From a virus, in the IMG/VR virus record IMGVR_UViG_3300045988_147264, positions 1 to 64,000 of that record: 64,000 nucleotides of DNA; one strand, 5' to 3'. Position 1 is the first letter of the stretch; each line of letters starts with the position of its first letter. Shown here one piece after another: positions 38,934 to 48,897 of this stretch. The notes beneath the pieces are model-generated. The model was not told where the DNA came from. It worked only from the letters and a program-made list of their open reading frames with translations, and ran no database searches. The position numbers and the translations under genes were made by a program.

Positions 38934-41891
38934 TTATGTTGTTGCTATGTCTCTAAAGTAACACCAAACAGCTACATAGCCAGTCCTGTTTGGCCAAACC
39001 TTGTCGAGAACTTGCTGAAGTGTGCAAGAATTCTGTAACCCAGAAAGATTAAAATCAATAAACGAATATATTTCAGGATTACGTGACTCTGCATTAAACA
39101 AGCTTACGCCAAATATCGGTTCAACTCGACCGGTTGATTCATCAATCTGTTTTATAACATCAGATAGATTACTGTCTGTAGCTGTTGCTATAAATGGTTG
39201 ATTCGATGTATCGGTCCAGAATTTTTGGTTATTCGGCAACTGTACTACGGTCGTCGCGCCGAACGTTGTATAACAGTAAAGCCTATGGCTATTCGCATTC
39301 ATATACACGTCCATAGTGGTATCCTTGTTAAGTGGAGGAACCGATTGCGTTTTTGTATCAAAACCAGTGGCGCTCAATCTTATACTATAAGACTTGCCGC
39401 CTTCAAGATTTGCAAATGAGGCTCTGTTTTCTGTACCTGAAAGATTTGGTGCCGAACTTGTTGACTGCAATACACTACCGCTTGCATCAATAAGATCAAT
39501 ATTAATTGGTTCCAGTATTGGATCTGTTAAGTTGATATTAAGACTATAATATTCCTTGTTCTCATAGGCGTTCTGAATAATTGTTTTCTCGTCTGTAGGT
39601 GTTCCTGGATATGATTTATATATACCAATAACATGTCTAGTTTCCTCCACGGCATTAGGCTGGCTAAGCATTGTCACAGTATATGTGGTATCATAATCAT
39701 TCGACGGAGACATATTCACATAAGAGAACGTGTCAGAACTTATTGATGACTTTGGATAATACAGTTTTGATGTTCTATAAAGATTGAATGTACTTGTACC
39801 AGCCACGTCTGTCGGGCTTAAATTTGAGCCATTAGGAATACCGTTACTTGGATTAGGTTCACTCATAAACGCCCAGTCTTCCTTAATGACGGATCCGACG
39901 TTATATGACATCTTTTTGTCAACAAGGCGCACAACACCAGTTCTTGCTGACAATGACGTATTATGCGAAAAATCAAGTCTATATACTGGAGAAGAGGTAC
40001 CACTGTCAACAGGAGTGATCCAATCATCGTCGGATACAACTTGGTATCCAATGTTGTTCTGGTCTGTTATTGTTGGTATCAACGACGTCTCGTCCGCTTT
40101 TATGGTTTCCAGAGCTTTCAGTGACCAATATGGTGTAAGATAAGCTGCGAATGAATCCTGAATAATTGTTGTTGATTTAGAGTATTCACCTAGTCCATCT
40201 GTACGTGTTCCTGTGACTGTTATTGTAGAAGTCTTGGCATATTGTTCCGGATTCGTAGCATAATTGAACGTGATAACATTAGAGTTGTCTTCAACATCTG
40301 TAGTTAGAATCATATTGCCAACCACCGTGACAACAGGGTTTTTTATTCCTGTGTATTCATATGGAAGTTTAAATGTTCCATAATCACAACTTAAATGAAT
40401 ATTTTCTCGCTCGAACTTTACGTCTGCCGGAACATATGTAACTGTAACGATATAATGTTTATACGTAGAATCAACCGCGCACCTTATTATAACGGTTGAA
40501 TTATCAGCGCCTGGCTTAACAGTAAGAACTCCATTATTATTTATAGATGCATATGAGTCTCCTAAACCAATACTCCATGCACAATCTGTTGCACTTGTGC
40601 CATTGAGCCAATTAATTGAATATGTGGCTGAATTTTTAGTATTGTTTACAACCTTTTCTCCGCTAATATTCCATGTACCTGTAGGACTGCTGTATACAGA
40701 AAACCGTCTTGATCCTACTATACTTTTGTTGTCAGTACTCTGAGCGATAACAGTAACGCCGCCTCCTGTGGCTTTGAAAGAAATATTACATATTGAAGGA
40801 TCATCTGTATTTGGTGTTAACGTCGCATAATCAGCTCCGGACGAGATCGCCCAACTAATATTTTTTTGCGTTGTATTAGCAGGAGACAACACTGCTTGAA
40901 TATCACTATCTCCGTAAACAAATTCAGAACCGTTGATGGATATTGAGTTTACCGGAACTTCCGCCTCTTGAGTTATCTTTGTTGACTGGAATGTTATCAA
41001 TTCTTCAGTACTGCTCAAAATGGCTGGATTTACAGCCGCTGATGTAGTGTAATTGGTTGTGTATTTCTCAGAAGTTGTAGCACCGTTTACAAGCGTGCAA
41101 GTAAACACCTGATTATTCAGCATTACACGAACATCCATGCTTCCAGCATGTGCTTCAGAAGTCACCCAATACTCCAATTGATTTTCAGAGATTCTCTTCC
41201 AATGAAGATTTACCGTTGGAACAGGAGTATCAACATATACACCACAAACTGCTGTTACATAATCAGCCGGCGTTAAATCATTCGTGAATGGCTTGTCAGA
41301 AGCATCAACATAAAAATAGTGATAACCTGGCTCAAAACCATATACAACATTAGGCATTCCATCATAAGAATTATTATCTCCTTCGGTATAATAGAACGAC
41401 ATTTCCCAAAGATATTTTGACGTGCCGCCAGAATAATATTCATCTGTCGCTTGAGTATATTTATCAGTAGAGAATTCTGTGCCATTTAATTGAAGAGCGT
41501 TTTCTGGATCATCTTCGTTAATTATCGATCCATCAAACGAATTTGAGTACGATACCCAGTTATCATCATCAGAAAACCTATAACGTATGTATTGTCCATT
41601 GCTATAACCAGAAAAGTCGATGTTATATGGTTCATAATAACCAACGACTTGCCTTTTTTCTGTAAGAGAATTATCCACAAATAACGGCACAAACTCTTGC
41701 TGTAATTCAATAACTTGGGGCAATTCACCTTCACTTCCTTGAAGCGTCATCTGTTGTTTAACAACGCTTCTATCTTTTGATTTATTAGCTGAAATAACTA
41801 ACGGCAGGTCGCCGATCCCAGTACCGTCAAAAGTACCGGGCTCGACTCCTTCACCATTATATTTCAGGATTTTGAACCTGCCTGCATCCAT
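38934..41891 (-). CDS. Tail fibre or receptor-binding protein (985 aa) with a Big_2-type Ig-like domain.
   Basis: The segment ISINGSEFVYGDSDIQAVLSPANTTQKNISWAISSGADYATLTPNTDDPSICNISFKATGGGVTVIAQSTD fits the Big_2 consensus. The N-terminus RFKILKYNGEGVEPGTFDGTGIGDLPLVISANKSKDRS resembles the BACON second-half start. Confidence 0.5.
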   Translation of the reverse strand: MDAGRFKILKYNGEGVEPGTFDGTGIGDLPLVISANKSKDRSVVKQQMTLQGSEGELPQVIELQQEFVPLFVDNSLTEKRQVVGYYEPYNIDFSGYSNGQYIRYRFSDDDNWVSYSNSFDGSIINEDDPENALQLNGTEFSTDKYTQATDEYYSGGTSKYLWEMSFYYTEGDNNSYDGMPNVVYGFEPGYHYFYVDASDKPFTNDLTPADYVTAVCGVYVDTPVPTVNLHWKRISENQLEYWVTSEAHAGSMDVRVMLNNQVFTCTLVNGATTSEKYTTNYTTSAAVNPAILSSTEELITFQSTKITQEAEVPVNSISINGSEFVYGDSDIQAVLSPANTTQKNISWAISSGADYATLTPNTDDPSICNISFKATGGGVTVIAQSTDNKSIVGSRRFSVYSSPTGTWNISGEKVVNNTKNSATYSINWLNGTSATDCAWSIGLGDSYASINNNGVLTVKPGADNSTVIIRCAVDSTYKHYIVTVTYVPADVKFERENIHLSCDYGTFKLPYEYTGIKNPVVTVVGNMILTTDVEDNSNVITFNYATNPEQYAKTSTITVTGTRTDGLGEYSKSTTIIQDSFAAYLTPYWSLKALETIKADETSLIPTITDQNNIGYQVVSDDDWITPVDSGTSSPVYRLDFSHNTSLSARTGVVRLVDKKMSYNVGSVIKEDWAFMSEPNPSNGIPNGSNLSPTDVAGTSTFNLYRTSKLYYPKSSISSDTFSYVNMSPSNDYDTTYTVTMLSQPNAVEETRHVIGIYKSYPGTPTDEKTIIQNAYENKEYYSLNINLTDPILEPINIDLIDASGSVLQSTSSAPNLSGTENRASFANLEGGKSYSIRLSATGFDTKTQSVPPLNKDTTMDVYMNANSHRLYCYTTFGATTVVQLPNNQKFWTDTSNQPFIATATDSNLSDVIKQIDESTGRVEPIFGVSLFNAESRNPEIYSFIDFNLSGLQNSCTLQQVLDKVWPNRTGYVAVWCYFRDIATT

Positions 41892-41897
41892 ATATTA

Positions 41898-44800
41898 TTA
41901 GATTGTGTGAATATAACATTTAAGCGACCCGCTCGAATATAGTGGAAGACTATTATCTGTTCGCGTTTTTCCGGTTATAAAGATATTTATAATATGATCG
42001 GTATCGCTATTAAAATATCCTTGTCTCATATCGTGTAGATGGGCAACAAAAAATAGCGTAGTATCCATATAGCCGCTTGTACTAGAGCTTTCCGCCATTG
42101 CCGCTTCTAGTTTAGCCATTACACTAACGGTATAAGCGGCATTTGATACAGGAACGTAATTGAATGTCGCGTTACAATATACAGGAACACTATTTTTATG
42201 CAAAGCATACATTGTTTCTATAGAATCAGTATCAACTTCGTAAGTGGTATTACCTGGTGATATTATTCCAGAATGCGTGTATACATATGGATTCACAATA
42301 GGAACCAGTCCTCTTATCTTATCAGTTATTACATTAACAGAATTCTGGGTTACTGTAATGCCGCTATTAGATGTTAATATGTCAAGCACTGTGTCTCCAG
42401 AGCCGCCAATAAGACAATGATTACTTTCGGTCAGCGAGCCAAACGATGCCATGTTTTTACCAATAAATACAGATGGATTTACATAAACACCGAATGTAGC
42501 CCCTGCATCAAAAGACACATTTGCCTGATTTATATAAGCAGAATAAGAACTAGGTTGACTATACGAATGTGTTACTGAAATTGATATTGTGCATCCAGTA
42601 GTACCAGCATAATACAGGTTTCCTATTTTATTAAAAATTAGCGGAACCTGCTTTACTTGATATACTGGTCCGTTGATTTGAACGCTTCCCGAAGCCATAA
42701 TGTAATTTCTAGAACCAATTTTAGCATTTACTGTTACGCTAAAATTATTTACAGACGGCATTTCTGGATATGTATCCGCTGCATTACTTGACGAACTAGC
42801 TCTTATTATAAGATTATTGCATAACAAGTCGTATAAATATTGGCCAGATGGTGCTATTACAAATGTGCCTACCGTATATACATTAGTTAAGCTACTTACT
42901 GTGCTTTGTGTGGTTCTTCTGGTAAAAAACGTGGTTCCAGAATCTACCTCCAATTTATATGCGTTTGCAGAATAATAATCATAACTTATTGTCTTAGATG
43001 GATCTATAACAGTTACTATCTTATTATTACTGTCTTTAGACTCAAACCTATTATCTTGTATAGTTATTCGTTCCCCGGTTTCAGAGGTTCTCACTTTCTT
43101 TGCGACAAGATCATCAGTATTAATCTTATCAGCATTAATCTTCGTAGCGTTTAAATTAATGGCTTGAATAAGGTTTGACACAACCTGCTGACTAAACAAG
43201 AAATCTGTCGCTATGTTCGCATATTGCCCTTGGAACGCAGACCAATAAGCCTTACCCTCATCTGTATCTGGTTGAGGTGTACTCTCGTTGACAAATTTCT
43301 TTGTCTGAATAGCCATGTAATACTTACCGTCAACTGCTCCAGCTGACGTAAAGTAAACTATATCTACTATAATCGAGTCGTCTGTTTCGGTTCCGGTGTA
43401 TAACCCATCGTTCTTCCATACACCTTTATATGTGACAACAGATGGTTTTGTCTTTCCATCCTTGCCGTCAAAACCACATCTGGCATAACTGATAGAGTAT
43501 GTCACGGTTTCATCAGACCATGTATAAATAATCTTTGTCCACAGATACTGACCAGGAAGGCCCTCAATAGGAGTTGAGTCTTCAAGATGCGCAGGCTCTG
43601 TCCAAGATTCATCTGAAGGGATGACATGATTCATCGTGATCGCATATGAGTATTTTGTATCAACAATTTTAGGCGTTGAACCATCCTCAATGACATAGAT
43701 GTCTTCAGCGTCCCAGAGAATATCGTTTACCTCGAATTCAAATCTGATTTTGCGACTTATTGTAGATGTATCAATAGCTCCTGTATAAACCTGCCTGTCG
43801 TTTGAGTCAATCTTATAATAAAGGGTTCCATCTGTGGTCTCTTCCTTCTTGGCGCCAACAACCTTGATTTTTTTGCAGGAAATTGTTAAATCACTGATTG
43901 AGCCGTCACTAAACTTCTTAATTGCATTCGTGGATGGTTCTATCTTATACAGAACAGCATCAGCTCCTGGCTCTCCAGCCTTCACACAGTTTACTTTAAA
44001 AAACAAAAGTTTTACATACTGTGTTTCATTTACTGTGGCTTTTACTGTGATATCAACGTTAAACGATGTCAACTCAACGCCTTTTTGCCATGAAACTGAA
44101 ATTGCGCCTGTTGCTTTATTAGGGACAACAACAACATTGTTCGCAAAATCTGTCTTTGTTACGACAGCTGTAAGGCTATCAAGCGTTAGTTTCTGAGAAC
44201 CATACCACATTGACGCTATTGGGGTATACGATGCAGCTGCTGTTGTTTTTCCGTCATAAGTAAGTGCAATTGACTCTATCTCATTATCAAGGTCGGCAAC
44301 GATCACAGATTCACCCTGCTCTCCAATAACCTCTTGCCAGTTGTAATCCTCTGGTCTCTGGCTGTCAGGATGATTGCTTGGGTTTTCAGAATAATCGACA
44401 TATGTTCCCATATATCTATATCTCTGCCCCTTCGGCTTTTGTGTCGTGAAGTTTTCATAATCAGGAGCCAATGTGTTTGCCCATGCTATATGTAGACACG
44501 CCGAGTCACCTTTGACTCTAACCTTGCCTACATTGGTAAATCCGTTATGATTCTTGTCGTTCTCAAGAGGAGTTCCTGTATAAACCCACAGATCTTCACC
44601 AATAATATAACCGTCATTTTCTGAAGGCGTAGGAGATGTCGGCAAATCATCTATACTAGCAAGTGACCCTTTAATATTCACGGATTTTCCATTCTTGCCG
44701 TCATTACCGTTCTTACCAATATAAGTAACAGTATAAACAACTGATGTTGTGTTGTCGGTATATGTAGTAGTTGTTCTCGACCATAGGTATTTACCCCCAA

Positions 44801-45314
44801 CGATATCAGGACTTGTTTTTGACCAACCACTTGCTGGCGGATTGTTTCCTTGATCGGATAGAACATATTCCACCAGACTAGATTTGATCCCACGCCCATC
44901 CGTTCCATCCTTAGCCGTCAGTGGCCATATATTCCAAGAACCACCAGTCTCCTTAAGTGCGGCCCAGTGATCATCGCTTGTTTGCGGAGCGGCATGCCAC
45001 AAATCTGGTGCCCTATCCGGGTCAAGCGGCGCATCCTTTGACGCGACTGTTGAGTAACGCCATGTAAGTAATGCTTCACCGCCTCCGGCGACTTTAGCGT
45101 CAGTATATTTCTTCGCCTCATCGAGGGTCATCTTGTCTTGAGAATCGACATAGTTTTTCTCTACGCCGCCAGTTGACGATCCCAACTCGAGGTCATCCAC
45201 AACCTTACAGAGCGTCTCCTGAAGGCTGTTACCAGTGATCGCTTGTCTTGTATTCGTATACACGCGATCCTTTATGTAATTCTTAATTTGAGTTTTTGTT
45301 GCCATATATATCAA
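41898..45314 (-). CDS. Tail fibre or spike protein (1138 aa) with a collagen-like Gly-X-Y run.
   Basis: Contains GKNGNDGKNGKS triplets. Large, beta-rich, Thr/Ser/Asn-rich, and located in the fibre-gene run. Confidence 0.4.
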   Translation of the reverse strand: MIYMATKTQIKNYIKDRVYTNTRQAITGNSLQETLCKVVDDLELGSSTGGVEKNYVDSQDKMTLDEAKKYTDAKVAGGGEALLTWRYSTVASKDAPLDPDRAPDLWHAAPQTSDDHWAALKETGGSWNIWPLTAKDGTDGRGIKSSLVEYVLSDQGNNPPASGWSKTSPDIVGGKYLWSRTTTTYTDNTTSVVYTVTYIGKNGNDGKNGKSVNIKGSLASIDDLPTSPTPSENDGYIIGEDLWVYTGTPLENDKNHNGFTNVGKVRVKGDSACLHIAWANTLAPDYENFTTQKPKGQRYRYMGTYVDYSENPSNHPDSQRPEDYNWQEVIGEQGESVIVADLDNEIESIALTYDGKTTAAASYTPIASMWYGSQKLTLDSLTAVVTKTDFANNVVVVPNKATGAISVSWQKGVELTSFNVDITVKATVNETQYVKLLFFKVNCVKAGEPGADAVLYKIEPSTNAIKKFSDGSISDLTISCKKIKVVGAKKEETTDGTLYYKIDSNDRQVYTGAIDTSTISRKIRFEFEVNDILWDAEDIYVIEDGSTPKIVDTKYSYAITMNHVIPSDESWTEPAHLEDSTPIEGLPGQYLWTKIIYTWSDETVTYSISYARCGFDGKDGKTKPSVVTYKGVWKNDGLYTGTETDDSIIVDIVYFTSAGAVDGKYYMAIQTKKFVNESTPQPDTDEGKAYWSAFQGQYANIATDFLFSQQVVSNLIQAINLNATKINADKINTDDLVAKKVRTSETGERITIQDNRFESKDSNNKIVTVIDPSKTISYDYYSANAYKLEVDSGTTFFTRRTTQSTVSSLTNVYTVGTFVIAPSGQYLYDLLCNNLIIRASSSSNAADTYPEMPSVNNFSVTVNAKIGSRNYIMASGSVQINGPVYQVKQVPLIFNKIGNLYYAGTTGCTISISVTHSYSQPSSYSAYINQANVSFDAGATFGVYVNPSVFIGKNMASFGSLTESNHCLIGGSGDTVLDILTSNSGITVTQNSVNVITDKIRGLVPIVNPYVYTHSGIISPGNTTYEVDTDSIETMYALHKNSVPVYCNATFNYVPVSNAAYTVSVMAKLEAAMAESSSTSGYMDTTLFFVAHLHDMRQGYFNSDTDHIINIFITGKTRTDNSLPLYSSGSLKCYIHTI

Positions 45315-45868
45315 TCAAAACTATTATCGAAACTGTCATCAAACGATCCCTTTATCTCAGGTGTTGGAGGTTCAGGATCTACCGGCTTAATATAACTACC
45401 AAGATCGCTTATCTTCAACTTTCGTATCTGCCCATCTTGGAAGATCCACATATACTCATTACCGCTCAACGGTAACGTAGCCCATGGACAACCCTTGAAA
45501 TAATCGTTTATATAACCATACACATACTGTCTAAGGTTCTTGCTTATCCAGTCATTAAGAATTTTATTCACTATATCAGTGACACGTGATTCAAGAACCT
45601 CGTCAAGTATGTCGTAAATCCTGTTATCAATTATATCTGGAAGTACATTTGTAATAAAATCCTGCATGAGCTTATCAAATATCTGTGGCGCGAGTTCATG
45701 TATCAACCGCTCAACGTCCTCGATATTTATAGAGCCACTGATAGGATACCAATCAATAGCTTCCCAGCGATATAATCTGAATTTGTGTCGCCCGTATGGT
45801 TTAAGCCATATAAGCTCCTTGTCTCTTGGCGCCTTAACGCCATAATATATAAAACGTACTCCTGACAT
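45311..45868 (-). CDS. Hypothetical protein (185 aa), possible fibre assembly factor.
   Basis: ORF whose stop overlaps the start of the 1138-aa gene (ATGA overlap). Confidence 0.35.
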   Translation of the reverse strand: MSGVRFIYYGVKAPRDKELIWLKPYGRHKFRLYRWEAIDWYPISGSINIEDVERLIHELAPQIFDKLMQDFITNVLPDIIDNRIYDILDEVLESRVTDIVNKILNDWISKNLRQYVYGYINDYFKGCPWATLPLSGNEYMWIFQDGQIRKLKISDLGSYIKPVDPEPPTPEIKGSFDDSFDNSFD

Positions 45869-46064
45869 TATAATATAATTAAGTCAAAGCCGGTATTTAA
45901 ACCGGCATTGACAATTTAACATTGTTTTTATAGAAACCTGATGGTTTTGTTAACTATGAAAATGTTTATTTCTAAGAAAATAAGGCAATTCATGATTGCT
46001 AGAAAAACAACAACTCAGATTATAGGTACCAATAAATCTGGCAATCTTCTTTTATTTTCATAAA

Positions 46065-48830
46065 CTATTGTATATCAAGGAACATATCATCACAATATAA
46101 GGTAATAATTATATCGCCATTGAAACCAGTAGACACATAACTACTTAAATCTAACACAGATGGATTTTGCATCTCAAGCACGACAGACGAATCAAATCCA
46201 GGAACTTCTGTTCCAAAATAGGTTTCTGACAAATCAAAGGTAGGCAAATTTAATAAACTTAAATTACCTGTTTTGATCTCTGAAATTGACACAATACCTA
46301 TAAGATTAGCTTCGGTGGCGGCAAAATCAGTAACAAAGGCTAGATTATTTAATTTAAAAATTGAGAGCGGCATTGGAATGCACCTGTATACATCCATCCT
46401 AAGTTTTGGTACTGATCCACCTGCATCTACACCCGTTACATAAGGAAATATAGGCAAGTAACTTGTATTGTCATCCCTGTTCATTAACCAAACAAGACCA
46501 AACTTCTCACTAGAGAATTGTGATGATACATAGGAGCTCAAAGGTTCATCTGTTTTAATGACTGCATGATATCTAGTTTGATATTCTTCAACAATACAAT
46601 CAGATTCAAGTATAATTGAACCATAAGAAGTAACGGCATCTTTAACTTTGGTAAAAAGATCTGCTTGAACTTTTGCAATTTCACATAACAAGAAGTTCTC
46701 ATTGTTATAAAAGTCTGTATGTTCAGACGTTTCATTATTATAAACAGTATAAGGATTAGTAGATCCGTTTAATATATGAACATATAAGAACTGATTATAT
46801 TTCCAGTCAACCTGCAACTTGTTGTATAATTCGGCAACATTAGACTTTGGAATATCAATGTATATGTACTGTGAATCCATTGATATAGTTGTTCCCAAAG
46901 ATAAACCATCCGTTATAGTCAAGCCATTGGTATTTATATATACTTCTGGATTATGATCTGCTACATCTAACACTTGATCAGCATTTGATATTGCAATCTT
47001 CATTGCGACGGTATTCTCAGACTCTGAAGCATCTTGTGTACAATTGCAAGTAGCAATTACATCTCCAGTAGAAGCTTTAAGAACGAGATCAAAGGTTCTC
47101 TCTGAAGAAGTGTTAACATCAGGTGCCAGAGATAAGCTCTTATTTCCGGTACCACTTATTGGTAGCTGGTCGCCACTTGCTAAACTGTTGCCAACGTAAG
47201 AAGGACCATCGATAGTCCAACCCACATTATCTGGATCAGAGATATTCAAGTCAAGACCTGAGGCGGATAGATCACTTTGACCATTGCAGTCAAAGCGGAA
47301 TGTGGCAGGAACATTCCAAGAAGGTATAACTAAAGACTCCTGATTGTAGGATATTGATGCCGTAGTTGACTTGTTTCCCTCGCCGGTTATCTTCATTTCA
47401 ATAGTATCGTCCCTGGTTAAACCTGTGACGTTCTTACCAACGGTGGCCTTGAGATTAAGCTCATCAATGGTTATCAAACTTGGTACTGATGTGAACTCAT
47501 AGGTAAAATCAGTTATGGTTCTAGTAGCACCCGAAGTATAGGTGGCTGTCTGGTTCGGGGAAACCTTAGCAGCTATATCTACATCCCCACCAGTCTTTGG
47601 AATAATTACAGTAGAAGATGTGGCGCTAACTGATGAATAGGTTACCTGATTGGCCTGCTGGTACACATCAATATTTTTGGTTGTTTGGGAACCATTCCAG
47701 GTTATAGTGGCTGTAACTGTGTCAAGTTTTGTTCTGGCCTTGATGGTTGAACCAAGATTCGAGCCGTTTACCGTTTTAGACAACGTAATAATAACATCCG
47801 AAGATGTTATAGAAGGAGTATCGGATTCTCCAGAAGAATAATCAATCTTGCCTGAAGCTGAGATAAAGCTTGGTGAGTCAGCTGAGCCACCCGATGCTGG
47901 GATATCGTCTAATGAAACAGAAGCAGAGCTTAAAGTATAGGTGACCTTATTGGGATCCTGTCTTACAAAATCGGTATGAGTTAAGGTCTGACCATTAACG
48001 ATAATGGTTATCTTAATACGGGCTGACTTATAAGAATCAGTGATGTTCTTTCCCAGAGAATCCATAACTAGCTCTCCTGTATGCTCGTCTAAAGTCCAGT
48101 TATAAGGGGAACCAGGAGGATCAGTATAATAGGTATATTTTACAGAATGAGAAGAATTAGATTGGGTAAGAGTTCCACCACCAGATGTTTTGCCATTCCA
48201 TCCCCAAGGGATTGAAAATTCGTAAGAAGGGGTGGCAACACCTCCTTCTGCGCCTATATCCCAATTAGAATATCTCATATTGACACTTGCAGTGCCGTAG
48301 GTCTTCTCACCTTCTGTTTGGGTAATAGTGATGGTTTTAGAAGATACCCCAGGATCACCCGAATCGAGAAGCCTGAAAGTGATGTTCCTGGAGTACTCTG
48401 TCTGATTCTCCGCCACGTCAAAGGAGATCTCAAAAGTGTAAGAGCTAGATGCCCCAGGATCACCCGATATCTGATGAGAGACGTTTCCGTCCCAGGAATA
48501 GGCCGTCCCGTTTACTTTAAGGGCGAAATTTGAAAGTAAAAAGGAATAGCTGAGTTGATACACCGTCAGAGACGGTGAGTTGCTGGTGCCAGTGATTTTC
48601 ACGGTGCCACCCAGAGCTGTGACAGAATAGGAAGTGTTGTCTACCATGATAAACTCGCTAGCTCCATCCTGCGAGAGAACTACAGAATCAGAGGCTCCAC
48701 CAGAGGTAACTCCTTTGATAGAGCCTGATCTGCTTGATCTTCCAGTATGGGGGCTTGCTTTTAGTGATCTTGTCCCCGGGCCACTTCCTATAGGCCCATA
48801 TTTTATGGTTATCCAACTTGGTTTTGCCAT
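46065..48830 (-). CDS. BACON-domain repeat tail fibre or surface protein (921 aa).
   Basis: The N-terminus MAKPSWITIKYGPIGSGPGTRSL...VVLSQDGASEFIMV is paralogous to the 550-aa N-terminus. Internal repeats end in R.itf...g....k.ititQ. The PWGWNGKTSGGGTLTQ motif is shared with the 550-aa protein. Confidence 0.55.
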   Translation of the reverse strand: MAKPSWITIKYGPIGSGPGTRSLKASPHTGRSSRSGSIKGVTSGGASDSVVLSQDGASEFIMVDNTSYSVTALGGTVKITGTSNSPSLTVYQLSYSFLLSNFALKVNGTAYSWDGNVSHQISGDPGASSSYTFEISFDVAENQTEYSRNITFRLLDSGDPGVSSKTITITQTEGEKTYGTASVNMRYSNWDIGAEGGVATPSYEFSIPWGWNGKTSGGGTLTQSNSSHSVKYTYYTDPPGSPYNWTLDEHTGELVMDSLGKNITDSYKSARIKITIIVNGQTLTHTDFVRQDPNKVTYTLSSASVSLDDIPASGGSADSPSFISASGKIDYSSGESDTPSITSSDVIITLSKTVNGSNLGSTIKARTKLDTVTATITWNGSQTTKNIDVYQQANQVTYSSVSATSSTVIIPKTGGDVDIAAKVSPNQTATYTSGATRTITDFTYEFTSVPSLITIDELNLKATVGKNVTGLTRDDTIEMKITGEGNKSTTASISYNQESLVIPSWNVPATFRFDCNGQSDLSASGLDLNISDPDNVGWTIDGPSYVGNSLASGDQLPISGTGNKSLSLAPDVNTSSERTFDLVLKASTGDVIATCNCTQDASESENTVAMKIAISNADQVLDVADHNPEVYINTNGLTITDGLSLGTTISMDSQYIYIDIPKSNVAELYNKLQVDWKYNQFLYVHILNGSTNPYTVYNNETSEHTDFYNNENFLLCEIAKVQADLFTKVKDAVTSYGSIILESDCIVEEYQTRYHAVIKTDEPLSSYVSSQFSSEKFGLVWLMNRDDNTSYLPIFPYVTGVDAGGSVPKLRMDVYRCIPMPLSIFKLNNLAFVTDFAATEANLIGIVSISEIKTGNLSLLNLPTFDLSETYFGTEVPGFDSSVVLEMQNPSVLDLSSYVSTGFNGDIIITLYCDDMFLDIQ

Positions 48831-48860
48831 GATGATTCGTTTTTAAAATAAATTAGAAGA

Positions 48861-48884
48861 TGAGAGGGGTTTCACCCCCTCTCA
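48861..48884 (-). terminator. GC-rich hairpin (candidate terminator or attenuator) between the 550-aa and 921-aa genes.
   Basis: 9-bp stem TGAGAGGGG/CCCCTCTCA with loop GTGAAA on the minus strand, followed by the U-poor tract UCUUCUAAUUUAUUUU. Confidence 0.35.
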
Positions 48885-48897
48885 CCTTATGACAGCC

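Noticed and set aside
48831-48897. Possible T4 gene-60-style translational bypass (ribosome hop) joining the 550-aa and 921-aa BACON proteins across a 67-nt hairpin-containing gap.
   Set aside because: The take-off codon would be GAA followed by TAA. However, the only GAA near the landing side is out of frame with the downstream ATG, the gap is not a multiple of 3, and every frame has stop codons. The analogous 51-nt gap at 38203-38253 also has in-frame stops. Trans (donor-strand) complementation or plain domain offset is the simpler explanation.
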